Source: Eledone cirrhosa
Taxonomy: Eukaryota
DNA: 64,000 bases
Assembly: GCA_964016885.1 (NCBI GenBank)
Contig: OZ024743.1
Location: 131,812,001-131,876,000 of the forward strand
Direction: 5' to 3'
Made by a program: the position numbers and the translations under genes. Below, piece by piece: positions 37,148-50,069 of the stretch. The notes under the pieces were generated by a model. It was not told the DNA's origin. It saw nothing but the letters and a program-made list of their open reading frames with translations, and ran no database searches. Position 1 is the first letter of the stretch; every line of letters begins with the position of its first letter.

Positions 37148-40100
37148 TGCTTGGTGTTTGGTGCTTGGTGCCTGGTCTTTAGTGTTTGGTGCTTGGTGCT
37201 TGGTGTTTGGTGATTGGTGCTTGGTGTTTGGTGTTTGGTGTTTGATGCTTGGTTTTTGCTGCTTGGTGCTTGGTGCTTGGTGCTTGGTGTTCTGTGTTTG
37301 GTGCTTGGTGCTTGGTGCCTGGTGCTTGGTGCTTGGTGCTTGATGTTTGGTGCTTCGTGCTTGGTGATTAGTCTTTGGTGCTTGGTGCTTGGTGTTTCGT
37401 GTTTCGTGCTTGGTGTCTAGTGTTTGGGTTTTGGTGTTTGGTGCTTGGTGCTTAGTGTTTGGTGTCTGGTGCTTGGTGCTTGGTGTTTGGTGTTTGGTGC
37501 TTGGTGTTTGGTGCTTGGTGCTTTGTGCTTGGTGTTTGGGGCTGGGTGTATGGTGTTTGGTGCTTGGTGCTTGGTGCTTGGTGTTTGGTGTTTGGTGCTT
37601 GGTACTTGGTGTTTGGTGTTTGATGCTTGGTGTTTGATGCTTGTTGCTTGGTGCTTGCTGTTTTGTGTTTGGTGTTTGGTGCTTGGTGTATGTACTTGGT
37701 GCTTGGTGCTTGGTGTCTGGTGCTTGGTTCTTGGTGTTTGGTGCTTGGTGCTTGGTGTTTGGTGCTTGGTGTTTGGTGTTTGGTGCTTGGTGTTTGGTAC
37801 TTGGTGCTTGGTGCTTGGTGTTAAGTGTTTGGTGCTTGGTGCTTGGTGTTTGGTGCTTCGTGCTTGGTGCTTGGCGTTTGGTGCATGGTGCTTGGTGTTT
37901 GGGGCTTGGTGCCTGGTGCTTTGTGTTTGGTGCTTGGTGTTCGGTGCTTGGTGCTTGGTGCTTGGTACTTGGTGTTAGGTTTTTGGTGCTTGGGGCTTGG
38001 TGTTTGATGTTTGGTCCTTGGTGCTTGGTGTTTGGTGTTTGGTGCTTGGTGCTCGGTGTTTTCGTGTTTGGTGCTTGCTGCTTGCCGCTTGGTGTTTGGT
38101 GCTTGGTGATTGGTGCTTGGTGTTTGGTGCTTGGTGGTTGGTGCTTGGTGTTTGGTGTTTGGTGCTAGGCGTTTGGTGCTTGGTGTTTGGTGCTTGGTGC
38201 TTGGTGTTTGCTGTTTGGTGCTTGGGGCTTGGGGCTTGGTGTTTGGTGCTTGCTGCCTGGTGTTTGGTGCTTGGTGCTTGGTGCTTGGTGTTTGGTGTTT
38301 GGTGTTTGGTGGTTGGTGTTTGGTGCTTGGTGCTTGGTGCTGGGTGGTTGATGTTTGGTGCTTGGTGCTTGGTGTTTGGTGCTTGGTGCTTGGTGCTTAT
38401 TGTTTGGTGTTTGGTGCTTGGTGCTTGGTGTTTGGTGCTTGGTGCTTGGTGCTTGGTGTTTGGTGCTTGGTGCTTGGTGTTTGGTGCTTGGTGCTTGGTG
38501 TTTGGTGCTTGGTGTTTGGTGCTTGGTGCTTGGTGCTTGGTGCTTGGTGTTAGGTGTTTGGTGCTTGGTGCTTGGTGTTTGATGTTTGGTCCTTGGTGCT
38601 TGGTGCTTGGTGTTTGGTGCTTGGTGTTTGGTGTTTGGTGCTTGGTGTTTGGTACTTGGTGCTTGGTGCTTGGTGTTAAGTGTTTGGTGCTTGGTGTTTG
38701 GTGTTTGGTGCTTCGTGCTTGGTGCTTTGTGTTTGGTGCATGGTGCTTGGTGTTTGGGGCTTGGTGCCTGGTGCTTTGTGTTTGGTGCTAGGTGCTTGGT
38801 GCTTGGTCTTTGGTGTTTGGTGCTTGGTGCTTGGTGCTTGGTGTTTGGTGCTTGGTGCTTGGTGCTTGGTTATTAGTGTTTGGTGCTTGGTGCTTGGGGT
38901 TTGGTGTTTGGTGCTTGGTGCTTGGTGTTTGGTGTTTGCTGTATGGTGTTTGCTGTTTCGTGTTTGGTGTTTGCTGTTTGGTGTTTAATGCTTGGTGCTT
39001 GGTGCTTGGTGTTTGGTGCTTGGTGCTTGGTGCTTGGTGTTTGGCGTTTGCTCTTTGCTGTTTGGTGTTTGGTGTTTGGTGTTTGGTGCTTGCTGCTTGG
39101 TGTTTGGTGTTTGGTGCTTGCTGCTTGGTGCTTGGTGCTTGGTGTTTGGTGTTTGGTGTTTGGTGCTTGGTGTTTGGTGCTTGGTGCTTGGAGCTGGGTG
39201 TTTGGTGCTTGGTGCTTGATGCTTGGTGCTTGGTGTTTGGTCATTGGTGCTTGGTGCTTGGTCTTTGGTGCTTGGGGTTTGGTGTTTGGTGCTTGGTGCT
39301 TAGTGTTTGGTGCTTGCTGCTTGGTGCTTGGTGTTTGGTGTTTGGTGCTTTCTGCTTGGTGCATGGTGTTTGGTGCTTGGTGCTTGGTGATTAGTGTTTG
39401 GTGCATGGTGCTTGGTGTTTGTTGTTTGGTGCTTGGTGCTTGGTGTTTGATGCTTGGTGCTTGCTGTTTGGTGTTTGGTGTTTGGTGCTTGGTGCTTGGT
39501 GTTTGGTGTTTGGTGTTTGGTGTTTGGTGTTTGGTGCTTGGTGCTTGGTGTTTGGTGCTTGGTGTTTGGTGCTTGGTGTATGTACTTGGTGCTTGGTGCT
39601 TGGTGTTTGGTGCTTGGTTCTTGGTGTTTGGTGCTTGGTGCTTGGTGCTTGGTGTTTGGTGCTTGGTGCTTGGTGTTTGGTACTTGGTGCTTGGTGCTTG
39701 GTGTTTGGTCATTGGTGCTTGGTGCTTGGTCTTTGGTGCTTGGGGTTTGGTGTTTGGTGCTTGGTGCTTAGTGTTTGGTGCTTGGTGCTTGGGGCTTGGT
39801 GTTAAGTGTTTGGTGCTTGGTGCTTGGTGTTTGGTGCTTCGTGCTTGGTGCTTGGTGTTTGGTGCATGGTGCTTGATGTTTGGGGCTTGGTGTTTGGTGC
39901 TTGGTGTTTGGTGCTTGGTGTTTGGTGCTTGGTGTTCGGTGCTTGGTGCTTGGTGCTTGGTACTTGGTGTATGTACTTGGTGCTTGGTGCTTGGTGTTTG
40001 GTGCTTGGTTCTTGCTGTTTGGTGCTTCGTGCTTGGTGCTTGGTGTTTGGTGCTTGGTGCTTGGTGTTTGGTGCTTGGTTCTTGGTGTTTGGTGCTTCGT

Positions 40101-43100
40101 GCTTGGTGCTTGGTGTTTGGTGCTTGGTGCTTGGTGTTTGGTGCTTGGTGTTTGGTGTTTGGTGCTTGGTGTTTGGTACTTGGTGCTTGGTGCTTGGTGT
40201 TAAGTGTTTGGTGCTTGGTGCTTGGTGTTTGTTGCTTCGTGCTTGGTGCTTGGTGTTTGGTGCATGGTGTTTGGTGCTTGGTGTTTGGTGCTTGGGGCTT
40301 GGTGTTTGGTGCTTGGTGCCTGGTCTTTAGTGTTTGGTGCTTGGTGCTTGGTGTTTGGTGATTGGTGCTTGGTGTTTGGTGTTTGGTGTTTGATGCTTGG
40401 TTTTTGCTGCTTGGTGCTTGGTGCTTGGTGCTTGGTGTTCTGTGTTTGGTGCTTGGTGCTTGGTGCCTGGTGCTTGGTGCTTGGTGCTTGATGTTTGGTG
40501 CTTCGTGCTTGGTGATTAGTCTTTGGTGCTTGGTGCTTGGTGTTTCGTGTTTCGTGCTTGGTGTCTAGTGTTTGGGTTTTGGTGTTTGGTGCTTGGTGCT
40601 TAGTGTTTGGTGTCTGGTGCTTGGTGCTTGGTGTTTGGTGTTTGGTGCTTGGTGTTTGGTGCTTGGTGCTTTGTGCTTGGTGTTTGGGGCTGGGTGTATG
40701 GTGTTTGGTGCTTGGTGCTTGGTGCTTGGTGTTTGGTGTTTGGTGCTTGGTACTTGGTGTTTGGTGTTTGATGCTTGGTGTTTGATGCTTGTTGCTTGGT
40801 GCTTGCTGTTTTGTGTTTGGTGTTTGGTGCTTGGTGTATGTACTTGGTGCTTGGTGCTTGGTGTCTGGTGCTTGGTTCTTGGTGTTTGGTGCTTGGTGCT
40901 TGGTGTTTGGTGCTTGGTGTTTGGTGTTTGGTGCTTGGTGTTTGGTACTTGGTGCTTGGTGCTTGGTGTTAAGTGTTTGGTGCTTGGTGCTTGGTGTTTG
41001 GTGCTTCGTGCTTGGTGCTTGGCGTTTGGTGCATGGTGCTTGGTGTTTGGGGCTTGGTGCCTGGTGCTTTGTGTTTGGTGCTTGGTGTTCGGTGCTTGGT
41101 GCTTGGTGCTTGGTACTTGGTGTTAGGTTTTTGGTGCTTGGGGCTTGGTGTTTGATGTTTGGTCCTTGGTGCTTGGTGTTTGGTGTTTGGTGCTTGGTGC
41201 TCGGTGTTTTCGTGTTTGGTGCTTGCTGCTTGCCGCTTGGTGTTTGGTGCTTGGTGATTGGTGCTTGGTGTTTGGTGCTTGGTGGTTGGTGCTTGGTGTT
41301 TGGTGTTTGGTGCTAGGCGTTTGGTGCTTGGTGTTTGGTGCTTGGTGCTTGGTGTTTGCTGTTTGGTGCTTGGGGCTTGGGGCTTGGTGTTTGGTGCTTG
41401 CTGCCTGGTGTTTGGTGCTTGGTGCTTGGTGCTTGGTGTTTGGTGTTTGGTGTTTGGTGGTTGGTGTTTGGTGCTTGGTGCTTGGTGCTGGGTGGTTGAT
41501 GTTTGGTGCTTGGTGCTTGGTGTTTGGTGCTTGGTGCTTGGTGCTTATTGTTTGGTGTTTGGTGCTTGGTGCTTGGTGTTTGGTGCTTGGTGCTTGGTGC
41601 TTGGTGTTTGGTGCTTGGTGCTTGGTGTTTGGTGCTTGGTGCTTGGTGTTTGGTGCTTGGTGTTTGGTGCTTGGTGCTTGGTGCTTGGTGCTTGGTGTTA
41701 GGTGTTTGGTGCTTGGTGCTTGGTGTTTGATGTTTGGTCCTTGATGCTTGGTGCTTGGTGTTTGGTGCTTGGTGTTTGGTGTTTGGTGCTTGGTGTTTGG
41801 TACTTGGTGCTTGGTGCTTGGTGTTAAGTGTTTGGTGCTTGGTGTTTGGTGTTTGGTGCTTCGTGCTTGGTGCTTTGTGTTTGGTGCATGGTGCTTGGTG
41901 TTTGGGGCTTGGTGCCTGGTGCTTTGTGTTTGGTGCTAGGTGCTTGGTGCTTGGTCTTTGGTGTTTGGTGCTTGGTGCTTGGTGCTTGGTGTTTGGTGCT
42001 TGGTGCTTGGTGCTTGGTTATTAGTGTTTGGTGCTTGGTGCTTGGGGTTTGGTGTTTGGTGCTTGGTGCTTGGTGTTTGGTGTTTGCTGTATGGTGTTTG
42101 CTGTTTCGTGTTTGGTGTTTGCTGTTTGGTGTTTAATGCTTGGTGCTTGGTGCTTGGTGTTTGGTGCTTGGTGCTTGGTGCTTGGTGTTTGGCGTTTGCT
42201 CTTTGCTGTTTGGTGTTTGGTGTTTGGTGTTTGGTGCTTGCTGCTTGGTGTTTGGTGTTTGGTGCTTGCTGCTTGGTGCTTGGTGCTTGGTGTTTGGTGT
42301 TTGGTGTTTGGTGCTTGGTGTTTGGTGCTTGGTGCTTGGAGCTGGGTGTTTGGTGCTTGGTGCTTGATGCTTGGTGCTTGGTGTTTGGTCATTGGTGCTT
42401 GGTGCTTGGTCTTTGGTGCTTGGGGTTTGGTGTTTGGTGCTTGGTGCTTAGTGTTTGGTGCTTGCTGCTTGGTGCTTGGTGTTTGGTGTTTGGTGCTTTC
42501 TGCTTGGTGCATGGTGTTTGGTGCTTGGTGCTTGGTGATTAGTGTTTGGTGCATGGTGCTTGGTGTTTGTTGTTTGGTGCTTGGTGCTTGGTGTTTGATG
42601 CTTGGTGCTTGCTGTTTGGTGTTTGGTGTTTGGTGCTTGGTGCTTGGTGTTTGGTGTTTGGTGTTTGGTGTTTGGTGTTTGGTGCTTGGTGCTTGGTGTT
42701 TGGTGCTTGGTGTTTGGTGCTTGGTGTATGTACTTGGTGCTTGGTGCTTGGTGTTTGGTGCTTGGTTCTTGGTGTTTGGTGCTTGGTGCTTGGTGCTTGG
42801 TGTTTGGTGCTTGGTGCTTGGTGTTTGGTACTTGGTGCTTGGTGCTTGGTGTTTGGTCATTGGTGCTTGGTGCTTGGTCTTTGGTGCTTGGGGTTTGGTG
42901 TTTGGTGCTTGGTGCTTAGTGTTTGGTGCTTGGTGCTTGGGGCTTGGTGTTAAGTGTTTGGTGCTTGGTGCTTGGTGTTTGGTGCTTCGTGCTTGGTGCT
43001 TGGTGTTTGGTGCATGGTGCTTGATGTTTGGGGCTTGGTGTTTGGTGCTTGGTGTTTGGTGCTTGGTGTTTGGTGCTTGGTGTTCGGTGCTTGGTGCTTG

Positions 43101-43417
43101 GTGCTTGGTACTTGGTGTATGTACTTGGTGCTTGGTGCTTGGTGTTTGGTGCTTGGTTCTTGCTGTTTGGTGCTTCGTGCTTGGTGCTTGGTGTTTGGTG
43201 CTTGGTGCTTGGTGTTTGGTGCTTGGTTCTTGGTGTTTGGTGCTTCGTGCTTGGTGCTTGGTGTTTGGTGCTTGGTGCTTGGTGTTTGGTGCTTGGTGTT
43301 TGGTGTTTGGTGCTTGGTGTTTGGTACTTGGTGCTTGGTGCTTGGTGTTAAGTGTTTGGTGCTTGGTGCTTGGTGTTTGTTGCTTCGTGCTTGGTGCTTG
43401 GTGTTTGGTGCATGGTG
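37148..43417 (+). repeat. Near-perfect tandem duplication, 3148-bp period (~37148-40269 and ~40296-43417)
   Basis: Identical ORF pairs 37214/40362, 37641/40789, 38110/41258, 38873/42021 and 39880/43028. One difference noticed (G38596 vs A41744). 3148 = 450x7 - 2, matching three 6-nt units and one 8-nt unit. Confidence 0.95.
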
Positions 43418-46400
43418 CTTGGTGTTTGAGGCTTGGTGCCTGGTGCTTTGTGTTTGGTGCTAGGTGCTTGGTGCTTGGTCTTTGGTGTTTGGTGCTTGGT
43501 GCTTGGTGCTTGGTGTTTGGTGCTTGGTGCTTGGTGCTTGGTTATTAGTGTTTGGTGCTTGGTGCTTGGGGTTTGGTGTTTGGGGCTTGGTGCTTGGTGT
43601 TTGGTGTTTGCTGTATGGTGTTTGCTGTTTCGTGTTTGGTGTTTGCTGTTTGGTGTTTAATGCTTGGTGCTTGGTTCTTGGTGTTTGGTGCTTGGTGCTT
43701 GGTGCTTGGTGCTTGGCGTTTGCTCTTTGCTGTTTGGTGTTTGGTGCTTGCTGTTTGGTGTTTGGTGTTTGGTGTTTGGTGTTTGGTGCTTGCTGTTTGG
43801 TGCTTGGTGCTTGGTGTTTGGTCTTTGGTGTTTGGTTCTTGGTGCTTGGTGTTTGGTGCTTGGTGCTTGGTGCTGGGTGTTTGGTGCTTGGTGCTTGGTG
43901 TTTGGTGCTTGGTGCTTGGTGTTTGGTACTTGGTGCTTGGTGTTTGGTGTTTGGTGCTTGCTGTTTGGTGTTTGGTGCTTGCTGTTTGGTGTTTGGTGTT
44001 TGGTGTTTGGTGTTTGGTGCTTGCTGTTTGGTGCTTGGTGTTTGGTGCTTGGTGTATGTACTTGGTGCTTGGTGCTTGGTGTTTGGTGCTTGGTTCTTGG
44101 TGTTTGGTGCTTGGTGCTTGGTGCTTGGTGTTTGGTACTTGGTGCTTGGTGTTTGGTGTTTGGTGCTTGGTGCTTGGTGCTTGGTGTTTGGGGCTTGGTG
44201 CCTGGTGCTTGGTGTTTGGTGCTTGGTGCTTGGTGCTTGGTGTTTGGTGTTTGGTGCTTGGTGCTTGGTGTTTGGTGCTTGGTGTTTGGTGCTTGGTGTA
44301 TGTACTTGGTGCTTGGTGCTTGGTGTTTGGTGCTTGGTTCTTGGTGTTTGGTGCTTGGTGCTTGGTGTTTGGTGCTTGGTGTTAAGTGTTTGGTGCTTGG
44401 TGCTTGGTGTTTGGTGCTTCGTGCTTGGTGCTTGGTGTTTGGTGCATGGTGCTTGATGTTTGGGGCTTGGTGCCTGGTGTTTGGTGTTTGGTGCTTGGTG
44501 CTTGGTGCTTGGTGTTTGGTGTTTGGTGCTTGGTGCTTGGTGTTTGGTGCTTGGTGTTTGGTGCTTGGTGTTCGGTGCTTGGTGCTTGGTGCTTGGTACT
44601 TGGTGTTAGGTTTTTGGTGCTTGGGGCTTGGTGTTTCATGTTTGGTCCTTGGTGCTTGGTGTTTGGTGTTTGGTGCTTGGTGCTTGGTGTTTCGTGTTTG
44701 GTGCTTGCTGCTTGCTGCTTGGTGTTTGGTGCTTGGTGATTGGGGCTTGGTGTTTGGTGCTTGCTGCTTGGTGTTTGGTGCTTGCTGCTTGGTGTTTGGT
44801 GTTTGGTGTTTGGTGCTTGGTGTTTGGTGCTTGGTGCTTGGTGCTTGGTGTTAAGTGTTTGGTGCTTGGTGCTTGGTGGTTGGTGCTTCGTGCTTGGTGC
44901 TTGGTGTTTGGTGCATGGTGCTTGATGTTTGGGGCTTGGTGCCTGGTGCTTGGTGTTTGGTGCTTGGTGCTTGGTGCTTGGTGTTTGGTGTTTGGTGATT
45001 GGTGCTTGGTGTTTGGTGCTTGGTGTTTGGTGCTTGGTGTTCGGTGCTTGGTGCTTGGTGCTTGGTACTTGGTGTTAGGTTTTTGGTGCTTGGGGCTTGG
45101 TGTTTGATGTTTGGTCCTTGGTGCTTGGTGTTTGGTGTTTGGTGCTTAGTGCTTGGTGTTTCGTGTTTGGTGCTTGCTGCTTGCTGCTTGGTGTTTGGTG
45201 CTTGGTGATTGGTGCTTGGTGTTTGGTGCTTGGTGGTTGGTACTTGGTGTTTGGTGTTTGGTGCTAGGTGCTTGGTGCTTGGTGTTTGGTGCTTGGTGCT
45301 TGGTGTTTGGTGTTTGGTGCTTGGGGCTTGGGGCTTGGTGTTTGGTGCTTGGTGCTTGGTGCTTGGTGTTTGGTGCTTGGTGCTTGGTGTTTGGTGCTTG
45401 GTGTTTGGTGCTTGGTGTATGTACTTGGTGCTTGGTGCTTGGTGTTTGGTGCTTGGTTCTTGGTGTTTGGTGCTTGGTGCTTGGTGTTTGGTGCTTGGTG
45501 TTAAGTGTTTGGTGCTTGGTGCTTGGTGTTTGGTGCTTCGTGCTTGATGCTTGGTGTTTGGTGCATGATGCTTGATGTTTGGGGCTTGGTGCCTGGTGCT
45601 TGGTGTTTGGTGCTTGGTGCTTGGTGCTTGGTGTTTGGTGTTTGGTGCTTGGTGCTTGGTGTTTGGTGCTTGGTGTTTGGTGCTTGGTGTTCGGTGCTTG
45701 GTGCTTGGTGCTTGGTACTTGGTGTTAGGTTTTTGGTGCTTGGGGCTTGGTGTTTCATGTTTGGTCCTTGGTGCTTGGTGTTTGGTGTTTGGTGCTTGGT
45801 GCTTGGTGTTTCGTGTTTGGTGCTTGCTGCTTGCTGCTTGGTGTTTGGTGCTTGGTGATTGGTGCTTGGTGTTTGGTGCTTGGTGATTGGTGCTTGGTGT
45901 TTGGTGTTTGGTGCTAGGTGCTTGGTGCTTGGTGTTTGGTGCTTGTGGCTTGGTGTTTGGTGTTTGGTGCTTGGTGCTTGGGGCTTGGTGTTTGGTGCTT
46001 GCTGCTTGGTGTTTGGTGCTTGCTGCTTGGTGTTTGGTGTTTGGTGTTTGGTGCTTGGTGTTTGGTGCTTGGTGCTTGGTGCTGGGTGGTTGATGTTTGG
46101 TGCTTGGTGCTTGGTGTTTGGTGCTTGGTGCTTGGTGCTTATTGTTTGGTGCTTGGTGCTTGGTGCTTGGTGCTTGGTCTTTGGTGCTTGGTGTTTGGTG
46201 TTTGGTGTTTGGTGTTTGTGCTTGGTGCTTGGTGCTTGGTGTTTGGTGCTAGGTGCTTAACGCTTGGTGTTTGGTGCTTGGTGCTTGGTGCTTGGTGATT
46301 AGTGTTTGGTGCTTGGTGCTTGGGGTTTGGTGTTTTGTGTTTGCTGTTTGGTGTATGCGGTTTGGTGTCTGCTTTTTGGTGTTTGGTGTTTGCTGTATGG

Positions 46401-49130
46401 TGTTTGCAGTTTTGTGTTTCGTGTTTGCTGTTTGGTGTTTGGTGCTTGGTGCTTGGTGCTTGGTGTTTGGTGCTTGGTGCTTGGTGCTTGGTGTTTGGCG
46501 TTTGCTGTTTGCTGTTTGCTGTTTGGTGTTTGCTGTTTGGTGTTTGCTGTTTGGTGTTTGGTGCTTGGTGCTTGGTGGCTGGTGTTTGGTGCTTGGTGTT
46601 TGGATTTTGGTCCTTGGTGCTTGGTGCCTGGTGTTTCGTGCTTGGTGCTTGGTGCTTGGTGTTTGGTGTTTGGTGCTTGGTGTTTGGTGTTTGGTATTTG
46701 GTGCTTGGTGCTTGGTGCTTGGTGTTTGGTGTTTGGTGCTTCGTGCTTGGTGCTTGGTGTTTGGTGCATGGTGCTTGATGTTTGGGGCTTGGTGCCTGGT
46801 GCTTGGTGTTTGGTGCTTGGTGTTTGGTGCTTGGTGTTCGGTGCTTGGTGCTTGGTGCTTGGTACTTGGTGTATGTACTTGGTGCTTGGTGCTTGGTGTT
46901 TGGTGCTTGGTTCTTGGTGTTTGGTGCTTCGTGCTTGGTGCTTGGTGTTTGGTGCTATGTGCTTGGTGTTTGGTGCTTGGTTCTTGGTGTTTGGTGCTTC
47001 GTGCTTGGTGCTTGGTGTTTGGTGCTTGGTGCTTGGTGTTTGGTGCTTGGTGTTTGGTGTTTGGTGCTTGGTGTTTGGTACTTGGTGCTTGGTGCTTGGT
47101 GCTTGGTGTTAAGTGTTTGGTGCTTGGTGCTTGGTGTTTGGTGCTTCGTGCTTGGTGCTTGGTGTTTGGTGCATGATGCTTGGTGTTTGAGGCTTGGTGC
47201 CTGGTGCTTTGTGTTTGGTGCTAGGTGCTTGGTGCTTGGTCTTTGGTGTTTGGTGCTTGGTGCTTGGTGCTTGGTGTTTGGTGCTTGGTGCTTGGTGCTT
47301 GGTTATTAGTGTTTGGTGCTTGGTGCTTGGGGTTTGGTGTTTGGGGCTTGGTGCTTGGTGTTTGGTGTTTGCTGTATGGTGTTTGCTGTTTCGTGTTTGG
47401 TGTTTGCTGTTTGGTGTTTAATGCTTGGTGCTTGGTTCTTGGTGTTTGGTGCTTGGTGCTTGGTGCTTGGTGCTTGGCGTTTGCTCTTTGCTGTTTGGTG
47501 TTTGGTGCTTGCTGTTTGGTGTTTGGTGTTTGGTGTTTGGTGTTTGGTGCTTGCTGTTTGGTGCTTGGTGCTTGGTGTTTGGTCTTTGGTGTTTGGTTCT
47601 TGGTGCTTGGTGTTTGGTGCTTGGTGCTTGGTGCTGGGTGTTTGGTGCTTGGTGCTTGGTGTTTGGTGCTTGGTGCTTGGTGTTTGGTACTTGGTGCTTG
47701 GTGTTTGGTGTTTGGTGCTTGCTGTTTGGTGTTTGGTGCTTGCTGTTTGGTGTTTGGTGTTTGGTGTTTGGTGTTTGGTGCTTGCTGTTTGGTGCTTGGT
47801 GTTTGGTGCTTGGTGTATGTACTTGGTGCTTGGTGCTTGGTGTTTGGTGCTTGGTTCTTGGTGTTTGGTGCTTGGTGCTTGGTGCTTGGTGTTTGGTGCT
47901 TGGTGCTTGGTGTTTGGTACTTGGTGCTTGGTGTTTGGTGTTTGGTGCTTCGTGCTTGGTGCTTGGTGTTTGGGGCTTGGTGCCTGGTGCTTGGTGTTTG
48001 GTGCTTGGTGCTTGGTGCTTGGTGTTTGGTGTTTGGTGCTTGGTGCTTGGTGTTTGGTACTTGGTGTTTGGTGCTTGGTGTATGTACTTGGTGCTTGGTG
48101 CTTGGTGTTTGGTGCTTGGTTCTTGGTGTTTGGTGCTTGGTGCTTGGTGCTTGGTGTTTGGTGCTTGGTGTTAAGTGTTTGGTGCTTGGTGCTTGGTGTT
48201 TGGTGCTTCGTGCTTGGTGCTTGGTGTTTGGTGCATGGTGCTTGATGTTTGGGGCTTGGTGCCTGGTGCTTGGTGTTTGGTGCTTGGTGCTTGGTGCTTG
48301 GTGTTTGGTGTTTGGTGCTTGGTGCTTGGTGTTTGGTGCTTGGTGTTTGGTGCTTGGTGTTCGGTGCTTGGTGCTTGGTGCTTGGTACTTGGTGTTAGGT
48401 TTTTGGTGCTTGGGGCTTGGTGTTTCATGTTTGGTCCTTGGTGCTTGGTGTTTGGTGTTTGGTGCTTGGTGCTTGGTGTTTCGTGTTTGGTGCTTGCTGC
48501 TTGCTGCTTGGTGTTTGGTGCTTGGTGATTGGTGCTTGGTGTTTGGTGCTTGGTGATTGGTGCTTGGTGTTTGGTGTTTGGTGCTAGGTGCTTGGTGCTT
48601 GGTGTTTGGTGCTTGGTGCTTGGTGTTTGGTGTTTGGTGCTTGGTGCTTGGGGCTTGGTGTTTGGTGCTTGCTGCTTGGTGTTTGGTGCTTGCTGCTTGG
48701 TGTTTGGTGTTTGGTGTTTGGTGCTTGGTGTTTGGTGCTTGGTGCTTGGTGCTTGGTGTTAAGTGTTTGGTGCTTGGTGCTTGGTGGTTGGTGCTTCGTG
48801 CTTGGTGCTTGGTGTTTGGTGCATGGTGCTTGATGTTTGGGGCTTGGTGCCTGGTGCTTGGTATTTGGTGCTTGGTGCTTGGTGCTTGGTGTTTGGTGTT
48901 TGGTGATTGGTGCTTGGTGTTTGGTGCTTGGTGTTTGGTGCTTGGTGTTCGGTGCTTGGTGCTTGGTGCTTGGTACTTGGTGTTAGGTTTTTGGTGCTTG
49001 GGGCTTGGTGTTTGATGTTTGGTCCTTGGTGCTTGGTGTTTGGTGTTTGGTGCTTGGTGCTTGGTGTTTCGTGTTTGGTGCTTGCTGCTTGCTGCTTGGT
49101 GTTTGGTGCTTGGTGATTGGTGCTTGGTGT
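43330..49130 (+). repeat. Duplication, offset ~3761-3908 bp, with a nested 1119-bp repeat
   Basis: ORF pairs 43433/47194 (3761), 44382/48171 (3789), 44999/48907 (3908) and 44382/45501 (1119). Shared rare TTTCATG variant at ~44635, ~45753 and ~48423. Confidence 0.83.
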
Positions 49131-50069
49131 TTGGTGCTTGGTGCTTGGTGCTTGGTGTTTGGTGTTTGGTGCTTGGTGCTTGGTGTTTGGTGCTTGGTGT
49201 TTGGTGCTTGGTGTATGTACTTGGTGCTTGGTGCTTGGTGTTTGGTGCTTGGTTCTTGGTGTTTGGTGCTTGGTGCTTGGTGCTTGGTGTTTGGTGTTTG
49301 GTGTTTGGTGCTTGCTGTTTGGTGCTTGGTGCTTGGTGCTGGGTGGTTGATGTTTGGTGCTTGGTGCTTGGTGTTTGGTGCTTGGTGCTTGGTGCTTATT
49401 GTTTGGTGCTTGGTGCTTGGTGCTTGGTGCTTGGTCTTTGGTGCTTGGTGTTTGGTGTTTGGTGTTTGGTGTTTGTGCTTGGTGCTTGGTGCTTGGTGTT
49501 TGGTGCTAGGTGCTTAACGCTTGGTGTTTGGTGCTTGGTGCTTGGTGTTTGATGTTTGGTCTTTGGTGCTTGGTGTTTGTTGCTTGGTGCTTGGTGCTTG
49601 GTGTTTGGTGTTTGGTGCTTGCTGCTTGGTGCTTGGTGTTTGGTGCTTGGTGTTTGGTGTTTGGTGTTTGGTGCTTGGTGCTTGGTGTTTGGTGCTTGCT
49701 GCTTGCTGCTTGGGTTTTGGTGCTTGGTGATTGGTGCTTGGTGTTTTGCGCTTGGTGCTTGGTGCTTGGTGTTTGGTGCTGCGTGCTTGGTGTTTGGTGT
49801 CTGGAGTTTGGTGCTTGGTGCTTGGTGCCTGGTGTTTCGTGCTTGGTGCTTGGTGCTTGGTGTTTGGTGTTTGGTGCTTGGTGTTTGGTGTTTGGTACTT
49901 GGTGTTTGGTGCTTGGTGCCTGGTGCTTGGTGTTTGGTGCTTGGTGCTTGGTGTTTGGTGATTGGTGCTTGGTGTTTGGTGATTGGTGCTTGATGCTTGG
50001 TGCTTGGTGTTAGGTGTTTGTTACTTGGTGCTTGGTGTTTGATGTTTGGTCCTTGGTGCTTGGTGTTTG

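Noticed and set aside
42028-43548. 506-aa hydrophobic ORF as a membrane protein
   Set aside because: Its hydrophobicity is the automatic result of G/T-rich codons, and the overlapping frames look the same.
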